Shown in pieces: positions 52,043-64,000 of a stretch of DNA of 64,000 nt; position 1 is the stretch's first letter; each line of letters opens with the position of its first letter. The notes under the pieces were generated by a model that had not been told where the DNA came from, ran no database searches, and saw only the letters and a list, made by a program, of their open reading frames with translations. The stretch comes from Pristiophorus japonicus (Eukaryota), in NCBI RefSeq assembly GCF_044704955.1, contig NC_091998.1, positions 18,662,001 to 18,726,000 on the forward strand, written 5' to 3'. Position numbers and translations under genes: made by a program.

Positions 52043-52170
52043 AGTGGAGCGAGAAACAGAGTTGATGTTTCAGGTCGATGACCCTTTGTCAGAACTGACG
52101 AAAGGTCATCGACCTGAAACGTTAACTCTTATTCCCCACTGTAGCCGCCTGACCTGCTGAGTATTTACAG
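52043..52170. mobile_element. Penelope-like element ends in inverted arrangement with hammerhead-like cores
   Basis: ctgacga-a-aggtc-atc-gacct-gaaa-cgtt at 52095-52123, with a mirror copy on the minus strand. Confidence 0.6.
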
Positions 52171-52171
52171 C

Positions 52172-53435
52172 CTTTGATGTTGTGTATATGGATGCTTGGA
52201 AACCGTTTGATAAAATTCACATAATAGTCAAATTAAAGCCCATAGGGACAGAAAGCAAAAAGTGGTGAATGGTTGTTTGTCAGACTGGAGGGAAGTATAC
52301 AGTGGTGTTCCCCAGGGCCACGACACTTCTTGGTATATATTAATGACCCGGACTTGGGTATAGCAGTCAAAATTTCAAAGTTGGCAGATGATACAAAATT
52401 CGGAAATGCAGTAAACAGTGAGGAGGATAGAACAGATTTCAGGAGGACATAGAAAGACTGGTAAAATGGGCAGGCACATGGCAAATACAATTTAATGCAG
52501 AGAAGTGTGAAGTAGTGCATTTTTGGAATGGAGAATGAGTAAAAGCAATATAAACTAAATGATAAAATTATAAAAAGGGTGCAGGAACAGAAGGACCTGG
52601 GGGTTCACATATGCACATTTTTCAAGCTGAAAGAACAAGTCCATTATGCTGCTTAAAAACAAGCTTACGAGATCCTGGGCTTTATAACTAGAGGCATAGA
52701 GTACAAGAGCAAGGGTGTTCCAGTAAACTTAGGCACCACACTTTAGGATGTCAAGGCCTTGGAGAGGGTGCAGAGGAGAATGATACCAGAGATGAGGGAC
52801 TTCATGTGGAAAGGCTAGAGAAGCTGAGATGGCTCTCCTCACAGCAGAGAAGGTTAAGGAGAGATTTAATAGAGATGTTCAAAATTATGAAGGGTTTTGA
52901 GAGAGTAGAGCGGGATAAACTGTTTCCAATGACAGGAGGGTTGATGACTAGAGGACACAGATTTAAGATGAAGAAAAAAAAGAAAGACTTGGATTTATAT
53001 AGCGCCTTTCATGACCACTGGATGGTTTACAGCCAAAGGAGTTCTTTTGGAGTCTAGTCACTGTTGTAATGTGGGAAATGCGGCAGCCAATTTGCACGCA
53101 GCAAGCTCCCACAAACAGGAATGTGATACTGGCCAGATGTTGATTGAGGGATAAATATTAATTTCCCTGATAATTCGTAAAAGAATCAATGGGGGGGGGG
53201 TGAGGAGAATTTTTTTACGCAGAGAGTTTGTTGTGATCTGGAACGCGTTGCCTGAAAGGGTGGTGGAAGCAGATTCAATAGTAACTTTCAAAAGGGAATT
53301 GGCCATATACTTCAAAAGGAAAATTTGCAGGGCTGTGGGAAGAGAGCAGGGAGTCGGACTAATTGGACAGCTCTTTCAAGGATCTGGGCACAGGCACGAT
53401 GGGCTGAATGACCTCCTTCTGTGCTGTAAGATTCT
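52172..53435 (+). mobile_element. Degenerate CR1 LINE interrupted by a SINE fragment (about 52970-53160)
   Basis: KLADDTK, QQRRLRRDLIEMFKIMKG and VVIWNALPERVVEA segments. Confidence 0.75.
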
Positions 53436-53437
53436 AT

Positions 53438-54219
53438 GGGGCCGAAATTGCCCCTCTCACTAAGGCTTTGTTACCACCGCAAATTGGCGGCCACGCTGCG
53501 GAGTGGAGTGGCCTCTGACTTTTCGTGGACTGGCCGCTGATAGCCCAATTGCCCTTCCAAGGTTTCCTGGCGCTGCCCTAATCCCCCTCCTCACCGCTCC
53601 CCTGCTGCCGATCCGTGTTAAGCAACATTCCCCTCTGAAAATCTTCGGCCGCCCGGCAGTGTCAAAACCTGTTTTTCCCTGGTGGTCCAGTGAGACTGTG
53701 GCCTTCTGCAATGGTGATGCTTCTTCCCTTAAAGGGGAGGGCGCACTGACGCTTGCACCATGCTTTTTTTTTTGTCAGCTGATTGCCATGTTGGCCCGAC
53801 AATTATGCCCCCCCCCCCCCAGGGTTCGGGGCAGCCTGGCACGCAGCCCCTCTTGGGTGCCAGGCCACTGGCCCGGCCAAAGACCCTCCCTGGTGGCCCA
53901 GTGGGCCGAAATTTTAAAAGCGCGAAGGCTCTCCCCTTTAAGTGAAGGGGAGAGCCATGGTGGCGCGGCGCCGTGATGATGTCATCGCGGCGGTCACTCC
54001 GCACCGCCCCCAACTTCCACCCCTCGAATATTACCACCACCGTGTATCCGCCCCTCTCGTGTAGCCACCGCCCCCGTTAAGAGCGACTTCCGGGTCTGAA
54101 TTTTCAAAAACAACAAAGAGCGGAATTTCGCTCAAGAGGCGACCTCAACCACAGCTGCGGTAAAAGCTATTGAAACGGGGTGCGTGCACCCGTTTTGGGC
54201 AGGGGGCAATTTCTACCCC
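53438..54219. mobile_element. Non-autonomous PIF/Harbinger-like DNA transposon (782 bp)
   Basis: TIR ggggccgaaattgcccc vs reverse-complemented end ggggtagaaattgcccc; 3-bp TSD tat. Confidence 0.8.
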
Positions 54220-54479
54220 TATGATAAAACTCCTGAAGTGTTTCCCTGATTCCTGAATAGAATCTATTGAAACTCTAGGATACCAATCCAACACTGCATA
54301 CTAATACTTAATCCTGACTTTTGGCATTCTACGGATGACACATTGATTGTTCTAGCAACACAATTCCCATTGTATTCTACAAAGTATTTGAGCATCTGTG
54401 TCTATATTTATGTTCATAGCCGTCAATCCGATTCTTACTGGGCTGTGACGAGGGCCAGCTCCACCTCATCCCCACCTCT

Positions 54480-55460
54480 CTACTGCCTCCGATTTGTCAC
54501 GCTGCTTGTTGTCCAGTATTGGATGAGCAGAAACTTACTGCAATTAAATATTGGGAATATTAAATATTGCAAAGCTCCTGTCTTTGGTGCCCGCCACAAC
54601 TCATTTCCCAAGCCACTGACTCCATGCACCTTCCTGGTCACTGTTTGAGGCTGAACCAGTTCACAATCTTGGCGTCCTATTGACCCTGACCTGAGCTTCC
54701 GACCCCATATCCTCTCCATCACCAAAACAACAACAACAACAACTTGTGTTTATATAGTGCCTTTAATGTAATGAAACGTCCCAAGGCGCTTCACAGGAGT
54801 GTTATGCGATTAAAAAACTGTGTACTTCCACCTCGGCAATATCGCCCGACTCCACCCCTGCCTTAACCCATTAGCTGCTGAAACCCTCACCCTACATTTT
54901 TTTTACTTCCAGACGACTATTCCAATGCTAACTTGGTTGGCCTCCCAGCTTCCACCCTCCATAAACTTCAGCTCATCCAAATCTCTGCTGCCTGTGTCCT
55001 AGCTCGCACCAAGTCCCGTCCCCCCCCTAACCCCAGTGCTCGCTGACCTGCATTGGCTCCCGGTCCGGCAATGCGCCAAATTTAAAATTCTCATCCTTGC
55101 GTTCAAATCCCTCCATGGCCCCACCCTATCTTTGTAACCTCCTCCAGCCTCACAACCCCCGAGATCTCTACGTTCCTCCATTTCTGGCCTCTTGCACTCC
55201 CCCAATTTCCATCCCTCCGTCGTGCCTTCAGCTGCCAAGGCCCTAAGCTCTGGAATTCCCTCCCTAAACCCTTCTACCTCTCTTTCCTCATTTAAAACAC
55301 TCCTTAAAACCTACCTCTTTGCCCAAGCTTTTGGTCACCTGTACTAATATCTCCTTATGTGGCTCGGTGTCAAATGTTGTTTTTGTCTGATGACGCTCCT
55401 GAAACACGCCTTGGGACATTCTACTACGTTAAAGCCATTAGATCAATGCAAGTTGTTCTT
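54480..55460 (+). mobile_element. L2-type LINE 3' portion
   Basis: WMSRNLLQLNIG and YFHLGNIARLHP segments plus the L2 3' end; an inverted L2 tail is inserted at about 54725-54820. Confidence 0.7.
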
Positions 55461-56024
55461 GTTCTAAAATATTCATTGAGCTGTTTTAAAAAGGAATTTA
55501 ATCAACACGTGCGTTACTATTCCATGTATTTGCCTTTGTGGAGGGAATTTTATAATCTATGGCCCTCTTTTATACTTGTGTTCTCCAGCTCAATGGTCAG
55601 AATTTAAATAAAATAATCTGCCTATATCTACATAAGTTTGCTTTTCAGCATTTGAAAGGCCTGCATTATATCCTTCCTCAACCTTTCTTTGTCCAAAGAA
55701 AATAAGTCCAATTCTGTGAGTCTTTATATCCCAGAATTGTGTGTCCTGGAATCACTCCTTGCACTCTCCCATGAACAATCTCTGGAGCAGTAAAGTCCAG
55801 TTGAAGGTAGCACTCACTCTCCTGAGTGTGACTTCACCAATGAGTAATATGGGGTTATAATAATCGATTTCACTTATAAAGTTAATTTCTATACTTGGTT
55901 CATTTTTTTTATTATGTTCTTGAGATGTGGGTGACATGGGCAAGGTGGCATTTATTGTCCATTGCTGGTTGACCTGAGGAGCTGGTGGTGGGCCATTTGC
56001 TTGAACCATTCCACTCCTGTGGTG

Positions 56025-56436
56025 CTCCCACATCGGCGCTCTACTCGGAATTCCGTCACGGCAAGCGAGCCCCAGGTGGGCAGAGGAAGTGTTTCAAGGA
56101 CACGCTCAAAGCCTCCTTGATAAAGTGCAACATCCCCACCCACACCTGGGAATCCCTGACCAAAGACCACCCTAAGTGGAGGAAGTGCATCCGGGGGGCT
56201 GCTGAGCACCTCGAGTCTCATCGCCGAGAGCATGCAGAGATCAAGTGCAGGCAGCGGAAGGAGCGAGCGGCAAACCAGACTCCCCACCCACCCTTTCCTT
56301 CAACCACTGTCTGCCCCACCTGTGACAGAGACTGTGGTTCCCATATTGGACTGTACAGTCACCTGAGAACTCACTTTTAGAGTGGAAGCAAGTCTTCCTC
56401 GATTCCAAGCGACTGCCTATGATGATGATGATGATG
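56025..56436 (+). mobile_element. RTE-clade LINE 3' fragment
   Basis: GKRAPGGQRKCFKDTLKASL...TVCPTCDRDCGSHIGLYSHLRTHF*; (gat)n tail. Confidence 0.85.
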
Positions 56437-56988
56437 TTAGGTAGGGAATTCCAGGACACTGACCCAGCGACAATGAAGGAACGGCAAGAGGTGTCCGAAT
56501 CAGGATGGTGTGTGACTTGGAGGTGATGGGTGTTCCCATGCCATTGTTGCTCTGGTCTCTCTTCATCGTGAGGTCACAGGGGAGGGCAGTGCTGCTGAAG
56601 TCTTGCTGAAAGCACCTTCCCAGTGAATGACATGAGATTGAAGGATGTGGTGTGATAGCTTATTGCACCATATTACCTGCCATTACAGTGTGTTATTGTG
56701 AAAGTCAAGTAATATAGTTGTTAGTACATGATTGAATACTGATGTCTCTTGATCGGCAGGGTACACCTATAATGTATTAATTCATATAGTTTGCATTTTA
56801 AAGGTTTCGGGTTAAATTATTTTTTGGTACAATGACCGCACTCTTCTGGCAAATCATATTTGAGAAGTTATTGTTTGTGTTTATAATGTGTTTAGTGCAT
56901 TATTTCGGAGAACAGAAGAATGTAAGAATTAGGAGCAGGAGTCGGCCACACGTCTCTCGATCCCAGCCTCGAATATACTTAACGACTG

Positions 56989-59900
56989 TGTCATGTATCT
57001 TACATTATTATTTATAACTGTATCCTAACATGCCATACATGACTGTAATAAGATATGACCTGTAACCACCAGCATACCTTACCGCCAGGGGTGCACTTGC
57101 AAGAGACAGGTATATAAGGACAGGTCTCAGGCAAGTGCAGAATTCCAGAGCTGTGAAATAAAGGTGCAGGTCCAGAGGGACCTTGACTTCACTACATGTC
57201 TCGTGTAAATCTGTACTAAGGGGACAGGACTTTACAGTGGCGACGAGTTACGGGATTACAGAATCCACAGAATGGCGAACAACGGATCAGATGAAAAGTA
57301 CAATGCGGGAGACAATTGGGAGGACTTTATAGAAAGGCTCCAGCAAAGCTTTGTAACCAAAGACTGCTTAGATGATAAGGCAGACAAGAGAAGAGCCCAT
57401 CTCTTGACCAGCTATGGCTCGAAAACATACGCTTTAATAAAGGATCTGTTGGCACCCGAGATACCAGCAAGCAAGTCGTTTGAAGAATTGAGCACACTGG
57501 TAAGAGACCACCTGAAGCCAGCGAGCAGCCTACACATGGCCAGACACAGGTTCTACAACTACAGACGCTGTGTGGGCCAGAGCATACCCGACTTCGGAGG
57601 TTGGCTAGTTTATGTGAGTTCTCCGATGAACTGAGGAGAGAAATGCTGAGAGACTTTTTCATTGAAGGAATAGGCAACGCAGGCATATTCCGAAAGCTCA
57701 TAGAGACCAAGAACCTGACCTTAGAGGCAGCAGCACTGGTTGCACAGACATTCTTGGGAGGGGAAGAAAAAACGAGATTGATTTACAATGCACGTACGAC
57801 AACTAACGAAATATCGGAACAAGAAGTTCACAGCCCTAAACAAGCTGCTACCCCCACACACAGACAAAACCAGGAGAACAGGCTCTCGACAGCAGGCAGA
57901 AGCCATCAAGGGCCTCAGGAACAGCCGTTCACACCTCATCAACCCACAATGCGAGCAATCAACTACAAACTGAGAGAAGCTCAAGAGAGATCAGCCAGGC
58001 GCAGCTCATTCTATGGGAACACTTTGAACAATGGAACAGGTCTGTGCTGGAGGTGTGGGGGTGGGCACTCGTCAAGGGGATGTCGATTTCAGCAGGCTGT
58101 TTGCAGAAATTGTGAATATACAGGGCATTTGGTCCGCATGTGCAAAAAAAACGGCAGCTCGGCTGGTATACGAATCGGATGGGTCGGAAAGCGGACCAGA
58201 AGATGGTGGGGACAGTACCCGGGACACCAATGTACAGCGGGTCAACACGATCAATTATATCACCTGTGGAATTTAGCGACTGGGCAAGTCCCATAGTCCC
58301 AGTCATGAAGCCTGATGGATCCGTACGAATCTGTGGGGACTACAAATCTACCCTAAACAGAGTCTTCCTACAGGACCAGTACCCGCTGCCCAGAGCGGGG
58401 GACTTATTTGCCACATTGGCTGGAGGTAAACTTTTCTCAAAATTAGACCTCACATCTGCGTATATGATGCAAGAATTGACCGAGGAATCCAAGCTACTCA
58501 CCACCATCAACACACATTGAGGCCTTTTCATGAACAATCGATGCCCATTTGGCATCAGGTCGGCAGCTGCCATATTCCAGCGCAACATGGAGAGTCTGCT
58601 CGTCCATCCCGGGGATGGTTATATTTCAAGACGACATACTTATCACGAGCAGGGACACCGACTCCCATCTCCGTAATTTGGAGGAAGTACTAAAGCGGTT
58701 GGATCGGGTAGGCCTACGAGTCAAGAAATCCAAGTGCCTGTTTCTCGCACCCGAGGTTGAATTTTTGGGCAGAAGGATTGCCGCTCATGGAATCCGCCCA
58801 ACAGAGTCCAAAACAGAAGCAATTCGCCTGGCACCCAGGCCCCGGAATATCTCAGAACTGCGCACCTTTCTCGGGCTACTCAATTACTTTGGGAACTTTA
58901 TGCAGAACTTAAGCATGCTGCTAGAGCCTCTCCACGTGCTACTCAGGAAGGGGTGCGATTGGTTTTGAGGGGACGCCCAGGAACGCGCCTTCAATAAGGC
59001 ACGCAATCTTCTGTGTTCCAACAGTGTTTTGACTTTCTTTGACCCAGGTAAAAAGCTAGTTCTCACATGCGATGCGTCAGCATATGGGGTCGGGTGCGTT
59101 TTGCAACATGTCAATAGTGCGGGCAAATTACAACCCATAGCTTATGCCTCCAGGTCACTTTCGCGGGCGGAGCGCGGGTACGGAATGGTAGAGAAGGAGG
59201 TGCTCGCGTGCGTGTATGGTGTCAAAAAGATGCACCAATACCTTTTCGGGGCCAAGTTCGCGTTAGAAACCGACCACAAGCCCCTCACGTCCCTCCTATC
59301 CGAGAGCAAGATAATAAACGCCAACGCCTCGGCGCGAATTCAACAGTGGGCACTCATGCTGGCATCCTACGACTATACCATAAGGCACAGACCAGGCACA
59401 GACAACTGTGCCGATGCGCTCAGCAGGCTACCCCTGGCAACCACGGAAGGGTCTGACGAACAGGACTGTGAGATAGTCATGGCAATCAATGCCTTTGAGT
59501 CCACAGGTTCGCCCATGACGGCTCGCCAAATCAGAGCCTGGACGGCCAGCGACCCCACGTTATCCTTAGTAAAAAGATGTGTCCTAACCGGTGACTGGGC
59601 AGAGACTCGCGATGCCTGCCCCGAGGAATTAAAACCCTTTCACAGGCGCATGCATGAGCTATCACTACAAGCAGACTGCCTGATGTTGGGCAGCCGAGTA
59701 GTCAGCCTCTGCGAGGCAGAGAGGCATTTGTCCGAGAGCTCCACCGCGAGCACCCGGGGATCGTTCTCATGATCCCACGTCTGGTGGCCTGATATTGGCG
59801 TGGACTTGGGGCTCTGCGTCCGAAGGTGCACCATTTGTGCCCAACTCAGCAATGCCCCCAGGGAGGCTCCACTGAGCCCCTGGCCTACCAAACCATGGTC

Positions 59901-61128
59901 GCAGGTGCATGTAGACTATGCGGGCCCATTCATTGGCAAAATGTTCCTTGTAGTTGTGGATGCATTTTCAAAGTGGATCGAATGCACCATTTTAAACTCG
60001 AGCACAACCTCCACCACTGTGGAGAGCCTCGCAACCATGTTTGCAACGCACGGAATCCCTGACATATTGGTCAGTGACAATGGTCCGTGCTTCACCAGTG
60101 CAGAATTCCAAGACTTTATAATTGACCACGGCATAAATCACGTCAAGACGGCACCGTTCAAGCTGTCCTCCAACGGCCAGGTGGAGAGAGAAGTGCAAAT
60201 CATTAAAATCAAAGGTCCCATGCTGCAGGGTCGCCTGTCGCGACTGCTGCTGGCATACAGATCTCGTCCGCACTCACTGACTGGGATCCCCCCCGCACAA
60301 CTGTTGATGAAAAGGACTTTAAAAACAAGGCTCTCATTAATCCTCTCAGACATCCACGAAATCATTGAGGCAAAGTACCGTAAGCTGACTGAGTACCATG
60401 ACAGAAATTCGAGGGGAAGATGGAATGAGATAGGGGACAAAGTGTATGTACTAAACTATGGCAGGGGTCCCAAATGGCTTGCAGGGACAGTAACGAGCAA
60501 GGAAGGAAACAGGATACTGGTAGTACAAATGGACAATGGCAAAACCTGCCGGAGGCATGTAGACTAAGTCAAAAGCAGATTTACCAACAACACTGCGGAA
60601 CCAAAGGCAGACTACAATGTGGAACTCGCACCACACCTGGTGGACAGACAGACTGAGGGAACAACCTGAGGAAAGGGCAATCCCAACAGACAGCCCAGGC
60701 GAGTCAACAACAATCACACCAATCAAAACAGACAGCCCAGGCGAGATACCAGCAACCACACCCAAAGAAAAACAGACACCAAGGCAAACAACTGAACCAC
60801 AACTCAGACGCTTCACGCGAGAGTGTAGACCACCTGGGAGACTGAACCTATAAAGACAATAAGACCTTGGGGGAGGGTGATGTCATGTATCTTACATTAT
60901 TATATATAACTATATCCTAACATGCTATACATGACTGTAATAAGATATGACCTGTAACCACCAGCATACCTTACCACCAGGGGTGCACTTGCAAGAGACA
61001 GGTATATAAGGACAGGTCTCAGGAAAGTGCAGCATTCGAGAGCTGTGAAATAAAGGTGCAGGTCCAGAGTGACCTTGACTTCACTACATGCCTCGTGTGA
61101 ATCTGTACTGAGGGGACAGGACTTTACA
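56989..61128 (+). mobile_element. Gypsy (Mag-type) provirus with the protease region deleted
   Basis: 248-bp LTRs at 56989-57236 and 60881-61128; perfect TSD gactg; PBS tggcgacgag; PPT ggggggagggtga; gag (CWRCGGGH, CRNCEYTGH), RT (FQDD), RH and IN; inserted in a CR1 3' end. Confidence 0.94.
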
Positions 61129-62227
61129 GACTGAGCATCCACAACCCTCTGGGGCAGAGAATTCCAAAGATTCACAACCCTCTGAGTGAAGAAATTCCTC
61201 CTCATCTCGGTCTTAAATGGCCGACCCCTTATTCTGAGACGATGCCCCCTTGTTCTCGGCTCTCCAGCCAGGGGGAAACAACCTCTCAGCATCTACCCTG
61301 TCAATCTCCCTCAGAATCTTATAAGAGAAAAAGATATGTTTGAGTGACCTTAATCCAGAGGTGAAGTGTAAAGATTGAATATATTTCTGGGCCTTATGCT
61401 GCAGTGCATACTGCTTTAAAAAAGTCTCTGTTTCCTTTGTGTCTGAGAGGCTGAAAGTAAACAGTTCTGTGGAATGGGTTGAGTCATCTGTCTCCCTTTA
61501 TGAGCTTGCCCTTGATAAGGTACCAAAAATGAAATGTAACTTCAGTATGAGGTAGAACAGAGAGACCCTGTGGTTATAAACAAGGTTCACTCGAAGGCTA
61601 CACAGCATGACACTGAATCACGATGGCAGGAAGCCCGCATTGCTGGTCATTATTTATTAGGGAAAAGAAAGCAATTTGAGTTGAAATGTTTTTTTTAAGT
61701 TGGCAAGTGCCGCGTGCTCAAAGCAATGCCAGCGATTAGGTCATTTGGCAGTGGTGCTTCAGAAATGCTTTCCTTCATTATTGCTTTAATATATAATGTG
61801 CATTTTAATGAAACCTGATTAGAATGAGAAATGGAGATCACAAACTGTGGACAGAAGCTGCAGAGCTGCCAATAGATGATGGTGCATCAGCGCAAAGTGA
61901 GTGGGTCACAGTGAATAAACCTTTCCTTGAGTTATGCCTCACAGAAGTGTCTCCAGGATCTCGGAGGGGATTTTGGTTCGGAGCTGAAGCCCTGGAGCTG
62001 CCTTGATTCTTGAGCCAGCAAGTCACATTTGTATTGAGCATTACAATCTGACAGGTAGCGGCCGAGGGAACACTGATGGATGCTGAAGTCAGACTAACTA
62101 CACAGCCAGTTTGACAATGCAGCAATGGGAGCTGAAGTGGAGTGGAGCCATGTGCTTGATAGTTCAATTGGACTGGAATATTCAGGGTGGATGTCCCAAG
62201 CTTCTCAATATGTCAGTAGAGCAACTG

Positions 62228-63185
62228 GTAAAGAAAGAAAAGAGCTGCATTTCTATAGCGCCTTTCACCACCTCCGGGTGTCCCAAAGCGCTTTACAGCC
62301 AATTTTGGAGTGTAGTCATTGTTGTAATGTAGGAAATGCGGCAGCCAATTTGTGCATAGCAAGCTCCCACAAACAGCAATAAGATAATGAGCAGATATCT
62401 GTTTTTTTTTAGTGATGTTGGTCGAGGGATTTATTTTGGCCAGACCTCCCCTGCTCTTCCTACAAAGAGTACCATGAGACCTTTTACTTCCACCAGAGAG
62501 GGAGACAGTACCTCGGTTTAAAGGCCCATCCGCAAAGTGTCAGTGGGTAGCACTTTCGCCTCTGAGTCAGAAAGTTGTGGGTTCAAGTCCCACTCCAGAG
62601 ACTTGAGCACAAAAATCTAGGCTGACACTCCCAGTGCAGTGCTGAGGGAGTGCTGCACTGTCGGAGTTGCTGTCTTTCGGATGAGACATTAAACCGAGGC
62701 CCCATCTGCTCTCTCAGGTGGACGTAAAAGATCCCATGGCACTATTTTGCAGAAGAGCAGGGGAGGTATCCCCGGTGTCCTGGGCCAATATTTAGCCCTC
62801 AATCAAAATCACAAAAACAGATTATCTGGTCATTATCACATTGCTGTTTGTGGGAGCTTGCTGTGTGCAAATTGGCTGCCATGTTTCCCACATTACAACA
62901 GTGACTACGCTCCAAAAGTACTTCATTGGCTTTAAGGCGTTTTGGGACTTCTGGTGGTCGTGAAAGGTGCTATATAAATGCAATTATTTCTTTCTTTTTG
63001 CTTTTATCGAACAAAACACCCAGTACTCCAGGATTATCCGAAGGATGGCGCCTCTGACAGTGCAGCACTCCCCCAGCACGGGAGTGTCCGCCTAGATTTT
63101 GTGCTCAAGTCTCTGGAGTGGGACTTGAACCCACAACCTTCTGACTCAGAGGCAAGGGTGCTACCCACTGAGATATGGCTGACCA
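62228..63185. mobile_element. Cluster of tRNA-derived SINE copies in alternating orientation
   Basis: Minus copy at about 62228-62530, plus copy at about 62540-62985, minus 5' half at about 63035-63185. Confidence 0.75.
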
Positions 63186-63718
63186 CTGCTATCAGTGAAG
63201 GACTCCTTCTCAAAGTATTCGTATTTCCCTCCCCAAATTTCTCAATGGTAATGTATAGATGCTGGAAGCTTTCCCGTACCTTGCTGTTCTTCATGTGGGA
63301 GTGTCAACGGATTTGGGAGGAGGGAGAAGGGGGGCCCTGCATAAAGGCTTGGGTCGGGGGTCAGTATGTTTGTGGGATGGGCTCCCAGGAATCCCACTGG
63401 GAGCCCATAGCCAGCAAGTTACGTTCTGACAGTGCTGGAACAGGAGCAACGCTACTATACTTGTAGAGGAGGAACAATTTAAAGAGGGCAGAGAAACCCC
63501 CAAAATGAAAGAGGAACAGGTCCCAGCCAAGGCCTAAAAAGGTAAGGGTGTCCGGCCTACTGGGACAGAAAGGGGCCCAGTACAGGTCCACCTTCTCTCA
63601 AAAGGGGCTTCACCAGCAATGAATTACTTTTGAAGTGTCGTCACTATTGTCTGTGGACAAATGCGACAGCCAGTTTGTGCACAGCAAGGTCCCACATACA
63701 GCAATGAGATAAATGAGC

Positions 63719-63950
63719 TGTCTTGTCTCCTACATGGTTACTGCTTGTACAATTACAAGGTGTGCCTCCAGAGGGCACTGCAGTGGGAGACTTGTAGTTT
63801 ACCTGTACAGGTGTGCCAGGCCGGGTAGAAAAGGCAGGCCACCAGGTGTGATTCTCAGTCTGGAGTTATCAATAAAGGACTAAGGTCATACAGTTCAAGT
63901 ACAACACATTGCCTTGTGGAGTCATTATCAGAGTATCTAAAGACATAACA
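63719..63950 (+). mobile_element. Solo Gypsy LTR related to the LTR at 11872-12238
   Basis: TGTC...AACA ends; perfect TSD tgagc; shares tacaacacattgccttgtggagtcatt with the 11872 LTR; inserted in a SINE. Confidence 0.88.
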
Positions 63951-64000
63951 TGAGCAGATCATGTTTTTTGAAGTGTTTGTTGGCTGAGTCATCAATGCTG

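Noticed and set aside
55815-55900. Minus-strand ILLIGE peptide followed by a GTGAGT donor, as another DUSP first exon
   Set aside because: It lacks the VxEVWP motif and the spacing to the donor does not match the paralogs.
56025-56380. C2H2 zinc-finger-like ORF as a host gene
   Set aside because: It is the C-terminus of the RTE LINE ORF, present in three copies with a (tga)n tail.

Overview
Vertebrate genomic DNA, repeat-rich; the mix of CR1, L2-tailed tRNA-SINEs, Penelope ends, RTE and Mag-type Gypsy elements points to a cartilaginous fish (inference). The genic content is a tandem, minus-strand cluster of three intact atypical dual-specificity phosphatase genes, each with three coding exons, GT-AG junctions and identical intron phases (2, then 1): a DUSP13A-like gene (51033->42092, 202 aa), DUSP13B (25513->18912, 194 aa) and DUSP29/DUPD1 (11644->3449, 214 aa). 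The rest is mostly transposon-derived: four Gypsy/Mag proviruses, solo LTRs, CR1/L2/RTE fragments, SINEs, Harbinger-like TIR elements, Penelope ends with hammerhead-like cores and a 33-bp G-rich minisatellite. The most novel signal is a Tx1-clade LINE that appears to insert site-specifically into a small TG...CA element (probable solo LTR). Three Tx1 copies sit at exactly the same offset (+34) in two separate host copies, an empty host copy shows the unoccupied target, and a fourth Tx1 copy sits at a look-alike off-target site. All calls come from reading the sequence by eye; repeat boundaries without TSDs are approximate.
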